Below are positions 18,975 to 26,800 of a stretch of 64,000 nt of DNA, one piece after another. A program made the position numbers and the translations under genes. How positions within the stretch are numbered: position 1 is the stretch's first letter; each line of letters starts with the position of its first letter. Origin of the DNA: a virus. The stretch covers positions 1 through 64,000 of IMG/VR virus record IMGVR_UViG_3300045988_122291, one strand, 5' to 3'. The notes below the pieces were generated by a model, which saw only the letters and a list, made by a program, of their open reading frames with translations, did not search any database and was not told the DNA's origin.

Positions 18975-19355
18975 ATGGCAGATGACATCGGTATCTTATA
19001 TCATAAGGTGAACGACCTGTCTGAACGAGTGACAGAATTAGAAAGCACCCGACCGTTTATGCAGGAAATGATAGAGAGAGAAATTAAAGTAAGTGAAAAA
19101 TTAGATGCTACTCTTGATGCTGTTCAGTTGTCTATGGTGCAAATGAACGTAAAGATGGATGAACAATCAAAAGCGATTGAAATGTTACAGAAAAATTCTG
19201 TAGAATCTAATAAGAAATTAAATAATCGACTTGATGACCTTGAAGAAAGAGGACAATTTGATTTCTTAACTTATATTAAAACAAATTTACCAACAATTAT
19301 CCTTACTGGCGTGGTTGTTGGTGCTTACGTTGCAAAACATTTTAATCTCTTGTAA
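18975..19355 (+). CDS. hypothetical coiled-coil protein with C-terminal transmembrane anchor
   Basis: 126 aa with heptad-rich centre and a C-terminal hydrophobic stretch LPTIILTGVVVGAYVA. Confidence 0.5.
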   Translation: MADDIGILYHKVNDLSERVTELESTRPFMQEMIEREIKVSEKLDATLDAVQLSMVQMNVKMDEQSKAIEMLQKNSVESNKKLNNRLDDLEERGQFDFLTYIKTNLPTIILTGVVVGAYVAKHFNLL

Positions 19356-19378
19356 TGAAAGAAAGGAACTAAAAGGAA

Positions 19379-19801
19379 ATGGCAATTATTCCAGAGAAAG
19401 AAACTACATATCTTGAGAAGTATGGTGTTACTGTTAATCGTTATTTGACTTATGCCCAGATTCAACAAATTGTTGAAGCAACTATGAAATTTCATACTTG
19501 GGCTGAACGCCAACAGAATATCGATATGCTGATTCTTCTCCATGCTACGGATATGACTGTTGAAGAAATTGAGAAGCATACACATGACGAACTTTTGCAG
19601 TGTGGTCTTATTGATGAAGTAATGCTTCACATTGACAATGTTTATAAGATTTATGATGCTCTTGATTACCATGAATCTACTCAGCGTGCGCTTGCTCAAA
19701 TTCTTGGCGAAATCAACAAGTTTATGGACACACCTGTTGGAAAGAATGCAGTGCAGAAATTTTCACGTAAGGCAATGAACGATGGCGATAACAAGCATTG
19801 A
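19379..19801 (+). CDS. hypothetical protein (possible tail assembly chaperone by position)
   Basis: 140-aa ORF between the major tail and tape measure genes. No slippery site found. Confidence 0.4.
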   Translation: MAIIPEKETTYLEKYGVTVNRYLTYAQIQQIVEATMKFHTWAERQQNIDMLILLHATDMTVEEIEKHTHDELLQCGLIDEVMLHIDNVYKIYDALDYHESTQRALAQILGEINKFMDTPVGKNAVQKFSRKAMNDGDNKH

Positions 19802-20231
19802 AGCCTTGATGGCAATATGCGCTCCTGCAATTCAAAGCGCGTTAAAGTATACAGTGGAAAAGATTAAGGAAAAGAATGAGCAAGTTGTTAATCAGATAGT
19901 ATACGCTGTTTATTCTCCTCAAATGTACCCTCGTACTTTTGAATTGCGAGAAGCGTGGAAGGACGAAGCCAGTGCTTCTGGTGCAAACGGTCATGCAACG
20001 TTTGAATATGACCCAAGTAAAATTAGTGCTCATTCTAATCTAACTGGCGAAGCTGTTCCTTATTTGGCAGAAATTGTATACCAAGGTCTGGCAGGTAAGA
20101 TTTACGGCGAAGGCGCTTGGACACAGGCTCGTGACGCATGGCAAGCCTTATTAAACGCTTGTGGCGAAGACACTATTAAAGAGTGGTTCTATCAAGGCTG
20201 TAGACAAGCAGGACTGCCAATAGAAAGATAA
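19782..20231 (+). CDS. hypothetical protein
   Basis: 149-aa ORF overlapping the previous gene by 20 nt in the +1 frame. Confidence 0.45.
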   Translation: MAITSIEALMAICAPAIQSALKYTVEKIKEKNEQVVNQIVYAVYSPQMYPRTFELREAWKDEASASGANGHATFEYDPSKISAHSNLTGEAVPYLAEIVYQGLAGKIYGEGAWTQARDAWQALLNACGEDTIKEWFYQGCRQAGLPIER

Positions 20232-20263
20232 AAATAAGGTGTAGTACAGAATTGAGGATAACT

Positions 20264-20797
20264 ATGGTTTATTGTGGTATTGATGCTTCAACTACTGCGG
20301 TAGGATGGAGTATATTCAATGGTACTGACCTTATTGATTATGGGTGCTTTAGACCTAATGGTGATGATTGGCGCGACCGCACTCAGCAAATCGCGCCTTT
20401 CATTAAGCAACTATTAGAGAAGTATCATGTTGATAAGGTGATATTAGAAGATGTTCCTTTGATGGATAAACGAGGTAAGAAAACTTTGGTTATCCTTGGT
20501 GCTGTGCAAGGAATGTTATTAGGAGTAACATCTTCTATGAATATTCCTACCGAGTTTATTTTGCCGAGTTCTTGGAGGAGTCCAATTGGACTTTTTGATG
20601 GTACGAAAGCTGGTACTCATAGGGATGAAATGAAAAGAAAGTCAATAGAAAAAGCAAATGAACGATTCGGTCTTAAACTAAAGTGGGTATCGCCTTGTAG
20701 CAAGAAGAACGATGATGATATTGCTGATGCTATTTTGGTAGCATACTCACAGATAAGCAAAGTTCACTTTGCCAAAAATCCGAAAGTGAAGGAGTGA
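20264..20797 (+). CDS. ruvC: RuvC-like Holliday junction resolvase
   Basis: Start moved to the ATG after GAGGA. MVYCGIDAST (Asp 1), VILEDV (Glu), DDDIADAILVA (Asp 3/4) match the RuvC catalytic pattern. Confidence 0.7.
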   Translation: MVYCGIDASTTAVGWSIFNGTDLIDYGCFRPNGDDWRDRTQQIAPFIKQLLEKYHVDKVILEDVPLMDKRGKKTLVILGAVQGMLLGVTSSMNIPTEFILPSSWRSPIGLFDGTKAGTHRDEMKRKSIEKANERFGLKLKWVSPCSKKNDDDIADAILVAYSQISKVHFAKNPKVKE

Positions 20798-20801
20798 GTT
20801 T

Positions 20802-21350
20802 ATGGCAGATTTTAAGATTTCTATTGATACTGAATTAAAAACTACTGGTATTGATGGTCAAGTACAAGAAATAAAGTCTAAACTTGAAAATGCTTTAAAA
20901 AACATTAAGGTGACTTTAGATACTGAAAGTGCTAAAACCGATATAAATGCCATTCTTAAATCAATTAGTGAAAAACCACAAGCGATTAAGATTACTGCTA
21001 ATGCTGATGAAGCTAAATCAGTTGTTGAAAGTCTTACTTCCGGGTTAAATAAAGAATCTACTATTAAAGTTAATGCTGATTCTTCTCAAGTAAAAGAATT
21101 AGGTAGTGCAAGTAGTGAAGCTGCTTCTCAAGTAAATAGTCTTACTGAATCTGGTGTAGCGGCTGGCGAGTCCTATGCACAGTTAATGACGACTTTTCAA
21201 CAAATGGTGCAAGTGTATCAATCTATTTCAGAGCAAGTTTTTGAAGTAGATGATGCACTCACCGAATTTAAGAAAGTATCTGACCTTAGTGGAGAATCGC
21301 TTAATCAGTATGTAAATCAATTACAAGATTTAGGTAGCACAGTAGGTCGT
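20802..21350 (+). CDS. tail tape measure protein, exon 1
   Basis: 183 codons, repetitive Ser/Thr/Lys-rich helical N-terminus. The frame stops 2 codons after the predicted splice site U21350. Confidence 0.6.
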
Positions 21351-21710
21351 ACCGGCTGATATACTAACCGGAGTGTATAGATGGTAAATATGCACTAAGA
21401 AGTGTTCAAAACCCTTGAAAGCCTAAGAGCCTTACTACCACAACATAAGGATGAGATACGCCTAAGTGTGACGGTATGGAAACTCAAAAAACAGTAAGGA
21501 TGATATATGGTGGCAACGCCTAAGTATTGATATAAATATTGTATAGTGTTGATATAGAAATATCAATAGTGTAAAGTATTTATATAAAAAATGGCAGTTT
21601 GGGCGCGAAGTCCTGATGAGGGATGTGTCAACAGAGTAAAAGTTCACTTCCCTCCAAGAATATAGGGAAAAGAAGTATTCGGGCTGTAAGAGAAATCTTA
21701 TGGAATTATC

Positions 21711-21738
21711 TTGACATTATTTAAGTGTGTGCTATAAT
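21711..21738 (+). promoter_or_regulatory. near-consensus sigma-70 promoter with extended -10 inside intron
   Basis: TTGACA 21711-21716, 16-nt spacer ending TGC, TATAAT 21733-21738. Followed by hairpin AGTATCA-gaaggaga-TGATACT that presents the SD in its loop, then ATG 21761. Confidence 0.6.
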
Positions 21739-21760
21739 AGTATCAGAAGGAGATGATACT

Positions 21761-21997
21761 ATGTTAGAATTTGTAGTAATCTTTAGTATTCTTGCTATTC
21801 TTAAAATAGCAACCACGCCGAATTTTATTTGGGGGGTATGCTTGCTTATATCTTTTGACACTTTGTTATTGACTCAAGAAGGGTGGCTAATTATTCCTTT
21901 GTTGATTAGTCTGGGAGTTTATTGCAAAGGTCGGAATAAGCGAGTTTATATGGACGAATCTTATTTTATTACACACTTTTTTAATAAATGGAAATAA
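21761..21997 (+). CDS. intron-borne small membrane protein (three predicted TM helices, basic C-tail)
   Basis: 78 aa beginning MLEFVVIFSILAILKIA, then FIWGVCLLISFDTLLL, WLIIPLLISLGVYC and KGRNKR. GAAGGAG RBS 7 nt upstream. No nuclease motifs. Confidence 0.55.
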   Translation: MLEFVVIFSILAILKIATTPNFIWGVCLLISFDTLLLTQEGWLIIPLLISLGVYCKGRNKRVYMDESYFITHFFNKWK

Positions 21998-22009
21998 TGC
22001 CAAATAACG

Positions 22010-22330
22010 TCTGAAATGCTGGACGCTACTACAGAATTTCGTAAAAATGGTTTTAATGACCAAGATGCCGCAACATTAGGCACACTTGCGGCTAAATTTC
22101 AAAATGTAAGTGATGAAGCAATCACAGCAGGAGATAGTGCATCGTTTATTATCTCTCAAATGATTGCGTTTGGCGTAGAAGCTGATAATGCGTCATCCAT
22201 TATTGATAGTGTTAACGAGGTTGCAAACCAGTTCTCGGTTTCTTCGGGCGACCTTTCTAAAGCATTGGGTAATGTTGCATCTACTGCTGGTGCAATGGGT
22301 AACTCAATGGAAGAAACCCTTGGCATGGCT
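22010..22330 (+). CDS. tail tape measure protein, exon 2
   Basis: 107 codons. TEFRKNGFNDQDAATLG...QFSVSSGDLSKALGNVASTAGAMGNSMEETLGMA is the classic tape-measure core pattern. It is cut mid-domain. Confidence 0.65.
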
Positions 22331-22586
22331 GAAATCAGGTCAAGTAAAACAGAGTGAATTGACGGGAAAGGAAATACGGCTCTACGGGGTACGATTTCAA
22401 CTGTGCAAAAGCATGGTTGCCTAAAGCCTTATACACGAACTTATCATGGTAACATAGGTAAGGGTTCGGAGTAATTAACCGAAATATCGTAAAAGAGATA
22501 AGGATATATGGTCAATCCGCAGGGAAGATACCGTTGAAATACGGTATAACCTTCATCGACTATCGAAAACAATCAAGAATTATTTC

Positions 22587-22615
22587 TTGACAAATGTAAC
22601 TATTTATGATACAAT
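22587..22615 (+). promoter_or_regulatory. consensus sigma-70 promoter with extended -10 inside intron
   Basis: TTGACA 22587-22592, 17-nt spacer ending TGA, TACAAT 22610-22615. Located 60 nt upstream of the endonuclease start. Confidence 0.6.
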
Positions 22616-22675
22616 ATGAATAGAATAAGATGATAATAAAATCATACGAAGTGAGTAGAGTAGGAGAAATCCGAA

Positions 22676-23866
22676 GTGCTCTGCGCCTATGGTGAAGATA
22701 TAGTCAATCTTATGGGAAACTATAAGGAGAATATTTGTTATATGCCTAATAAATTAAGTTATGAAGAAGCGAAGAAATCTTTTGAAGATAAAGGGCTGAT
22801 TTTATTAGATAAAGATTATATCAATGCTTCTGTTAAAATGTCTTTTATGAATTGTCAAGGTTATAAAGCTATGATGAATCTTGGAAATTTAAGAAGTGGA
22901 AAGAATCCTTGCTATTTTTCTACAACCAATCCTTATACGATTGAAAATATTCAGAAATTTATGGAATTGAAAGGGTCTAAAACAAAAATACTTTCAACAG
23001 AATTTCGTGGAGAAAAAGATAAATTATATTTCAAATGTGGAGAATGCGAAAAAATTTTTACAAGAACGTGGTTGGATTTATCAACTGCGACTTATTGTGA
23101 ATGTAAAGAATGTGGCGCAATTCTTAGAGGGGTTGGACGCAGAAATTCTATTGAAAAAACTCAAAAGAAGTTTGAAGAACACAACTTAAAATTATTAGAA
23201 GTTCCTTATGGTAATAATGACCAAATGCTTGAATGTGAAGATTCAGAAGGTTATCGAGGATTTTGTAATTTTCGTAATTTACTGAGAGGTTCTTCTATTT
23301 CAAGATTTGACAAACGTGTTAATGAGAAATATTTCTTGTATAATGTTCAACATTATGCAGATTTGAATAATTACACTTGTCAAATAGTAGGGTATGCTGA
23401 TAATCAAAAGTGGAAAAGTTGCGGTATTAAAGTTCAATGTGAGTGTGGAAATAAATTTGATACTTCTCTTAATGCTTTTCGTTTAGGCAAATTTAGATGT
23501 GCTCATTGTGCAAAAAGCATATCTGCTTATGAAGCATTTGTTAAAAATTGGCTTGACAAACACGAAATCTCTTATATTCAACAGCAATGTTTTGAAGGAT
23601 GTAAAGATAAAATCGCTTTGCCGTTTGATTTTTACTTCCCTTCTAAAAATATGGTGATTGAAGTGGATGGACAAGGGCATTATTTTGTAGCAAATTTTAA
23701 CCAATGTTCAAATGAGCAAGCTAAAATTTCCTATGAGTTAACAACAAAACATGATAAAATAAAAGACAAATTTTGCAAAGACAATAATATAACTATTATT
23801 CGTATTCCTTATTGGGATATGGATAATAAAAAATATTTAGATATATTAACAAATATTTTCAAATAA
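22676..23866 (+). CDS. intron-encoded PD-(D/E)XK-type putative homing endonuclease with zinc-ribbon DNA-binding repeats
   Basis: C-terminal LPFDFYFPSKNMVIEVDGQGHY...DKIKDKFC..NNITIIRIPYWD (D..ExDG..H...D..K..I.RI). Two repeats of about 60 aa (F.....L.LL...Y.......G......N L..G). Zinc ribbons CGECEK...CKECG and CECGN...CAHC. GTG start 9 nt after TAGGAG. Confidence 0.6.
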   Translation: MLCAYGEDIVNLMGNYKENICYMPNKLSYEEAKKSFEDKGLILLDKDYINASVKMSFMNCQGYKAMMNLGNLRSGKNPCYFSTTNPYTIENIQKFMELKGSKTKILSTEFRGEKDKLYFKCGECEKIFTRTWLDLSTATYCECKECGAILRGVGRRNSIEKTQKKFEEHNLKLLEVPYGNNDQMLECEDSEGYRGFCNFRNLLRGSSISRFDKRVNEKYFLYNVQHYADLNNYTCQIVGYADNQKWKSCGIKVQCECGNKFDTSLNAFRLGKFRCAHCAKSISAYEAFVKNWLDKHEISYIQQQCFEGCKDKIALPFDFYFPSKNMVIEVDGQGHYFVANFNQCSNEQAKISYELTTKHDKIKDKFCKDNNITIIRIPYWDMDNKKYLDILTNIFK

Positions 23867-23872
23867 TATGTG

Positions 23873-26800
23873 GTTACAGCCATTACCGAGCAAACTCGTA
23901 ATGCAAGTAAGGCTTCGAGAAGCCTTAATACAATTTTTAGTCGCTTATCTCAAGTGACCGATGAAAATAGTGATACTGGTAAAAAATTAACTGATATTTA
24001 TGACGGATTGAATATTGCCCTTTATGATAGCGAAGGGCAAATGCGTAGTTCTTATGATATTCTTTCCGATTTGTCTACAAAATGGGATTCTCTTTCCAAA
24101 AATCAACAGAACTACATTGCCCTAACTTCAGCGGGTAGCAATCAGCTTAATGCTTTCCTTGCTCTCATGAATAACTTTGGTCATGCGACTGAAGCGACTG
24201 AAACAGCGATAAATTCTGCTGGCTCGGCAACCAAAGAGAATGAGCGTTATATGGAAAGTTTGCAAGCGCAAGTTCAAGCTCTTAAAGCGGAGTTCCAAGA
24301 ATTTGCAACAAACATTCTTTCTTCTGACCTTGTTAAGGGATTTTTACAAGCAGGTACATCTATTCTTAAATTTGCTAATACGGATTTAGGTCAAGCCATT
24401 TCTAAAATTTTACTATTTAATTTAACAGTAAATGGCATTAGTGGTATACTTGACTTGTTTGGCGCAAACATATCAAAAGTATTAAATCCCATGGGTGGAT
24501 TGAATACTATTTTTGAGAAAGCGTCAGAAATATTCGTCAAATTTACTTCTGGTGCAACCGAAGCGGGTGCTGCTTCTTCTGGATTGGGAGGGATTATTTC
24601 TCAACTTGGGAGTTCTTTTTCTGGATTGAGTAGTGGAGCAAGCACAAGTGTTTCTGCTATCAAAAATATTGTTGGCGCAATTTCTGCACTTCCTTTACCT
24701 GTTAAAATAGCTGTCGCCGCAATAGCGGGGCTTATTGCAATTTACAATAAACTTCATGTATCAGATAAAGAATTAACACAATCTATTGCAGATAAAGAAA
24801 CCACTATAAACAATACAAAGTCTCAGATTGATGAATATAATTCTACTCTTGAATCTAATAAGCAAAGAATCGAAGAAATCAACAGCGTAAAAGGAACGTC
24901 TGATTGGAACAGTTCACTTCAAACTGAAGCCGATACTCTTGAGCATCAAAACCAACTTATCGAACGTCAAATTCAACTTCAAGAGCAAAAATTAAAAATA
25001 GAGCAAGCAGCTCTTTGGAAAGACCAATCTGAACAATTTGAACGTACCTATGGCGAAAAAATGCGCTATACTACAAAGCAACAAAATGTTCGTGGTGAAC
25101 AAGTATCGGTTACTCTTACAGGTGAGGATGCCTACAAGAAAAAACTTAGTGACTTACAAGTAACTATTCACAAGTTTACGCAAACCCAGAATCTTGACTT
25201 TAAGGATGCTGCTGTTGAAGCAGAAGATTCTATTGTAAGTATTATTACAGAACTTGAAGATTACAAATCTGCCGCTGAAGCCGCAGGCGATACCACAAAA
25301 GCTAAATATATTCAATCTTTGATTGATATGGCTGAAGCCGCCGATTCTGTAGATGGCGGTACTATTAAAGAAGTTCTCGAAAGCACTGCTGATGGTGAAG
25401 CAAGCGTTGAAGAACAAACTTCTAAACTTGTTTCTAAGCTAAAAGAATTGGGCGATATTTCTATTAAGCCTAAAGATGCAGATTCTATGCAAGAATGGCT
25501 TGAGAGTCTTGATTCATCTCAAGTAGAAAAGCTCAATTCTTTGATAGACGATTTAGGTAATCGTTCTGATTGGTTAGCGGCTCAAATCAGCAATATGTCT
25601 GGGGCTGAAGCCGTTTCTTACATTGACGAAGTATTTCGTAGATTAAGTGGCGATATTAGAAGTGCGGGAGAAGCATATTCTGATTTTGAAAACGCTTTAA
25701 ATACAGATTATTCTGCACCATTAAAAGAAGTTTATGAGATGATGGATTACATCACTCAGTCTACTGAAAATGGTATTACTAATCTTAAAGCATATAATGC
25801 TTCTTTGCAAGGAATTTATGGCACAACAGATAAAAATATTATTAAAATCACCGAGCAAAATGCGGCAATGTCTGACTTCCGTAACGTTGCTCAAGAAGCA
25901 GCGGAAGGTCAAGCAACTCTTGTTGGCAATATCGAACAATATTTTTCTGACGGCGTATTCCAAGGCGACCTTCTTCTTGACCGCTTAAAAGAACTTAGCA
26001 CTTCTGCTACCGCCATTAGTAAGTATGGTAAACTTCTTGATTTTCAAGAATTTGATGACGGCACATTCCAAATCGCAATCAATGATTTTAGCAAATTGTC
26101 TGAAGTTCTTGGACTCAGCGACCCTGTTCTAAAGAGCTTTATGGATAGTCTCGGTGGTACTGTCGATTTTCAAATGGGTGATACCATTGACGCAGTAACG
26201 ACTACCATTCAGAATTTACATGAAGCGATAAGTGCTACTGGTACTGGTAGTATTAGTGCCATTGCAAATGAAATAAAGCAACTTCAATCTGTTGGCGAAG
26301 TTGATATTCGCACAGACCGCTTGCAAGAACTTCAAACACAGTTAAATGGTTTAAGTAAATACACCAATATGACCTTTGACTATGATTTTAGTAGTCTTAC
26401 AGGAGGAGAGTTGGACGTTGCCAGTGATGAGCTTACGGGTTTTGCTACAGCTTTGCAGAACCTTACTACCGAGTCTGGGGACTGGGATTTACAAGGTCTC
26501 GTAGACAGTGTTAATAGCGCTCTTGGAGATGAAGCCATCACACTTGACGGTGACGAAATTACTTTTAATACAGACGAAGCGGTATCGGCTTTTCAATCTC
26601 AACTTTCTGAAGCGTTTGGAGGTATGGACTATTCTGATATAATTGGTTCTGATGCCGGACAAACGATTATATCTAACTTGTTTGAAGGTGTCACCGTTGA
26701 TGCTTCTGCTGCCGAAGGTGTTGGTCAAGAATTTGCTGATGCAATTAAAACTTCAGTAGAAACTAAACTTAATACCACTCAAATTACCATTAATGGTGTA

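Larger units (their letters stand above)
21351..22009 (+). mobile_element. group I-like intron (tape measure intron 1) carrying a small membrane-protein gene
   Basis: A 659-nt insert. The exon ends in U and the insert ends in G22009. Joining gives ...STVGR|SEMLDATTEFRKNGF... Positions 21438-21474 are 29/37 identical to 4591-4627 of the terL intron. A possible P1 forms with cgt|accgg...ccgg-a-gtg. Confidence 0.55.
22331..23872 (+). mobile_element. group I-like intron (tape measure intron 2) carrying a PD-(D/E)XK-type endonuclease
   Basis: A 1,542-nt insert. The exon ends in U22330 and the insert ends in G23872. Joining gives ...EETLGMA|VTAITEQTRNASKA... in frame. About 345 nt of structured RNA precedes the ORF (e.g. 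ATACCG-ttgaaa-TACGGTAT). Confidence 0.6.

Noticed and set aside
19779-19801. Programmed frameshift between the two ORFs upstream of the tape measure (gpG/gpGT-type chaperone)
   Set aside because: The downstream ORF is in the +1 frame and is open for only one codon before its ATG. No slippery heptamer occurs in the 20-nt overlap. These are probably just overlapping genes.
21613-21655. CUGAUGAG followed by a 6-bp GAGGGA/TCCCTC stem, resembling a hammerhead ribozyme core
   Set aside because: The obligatory GAAA element after stem II and a plausible stem I/III with a cleavage triplet are absent. It is most likely part of the group I-like intron fold.
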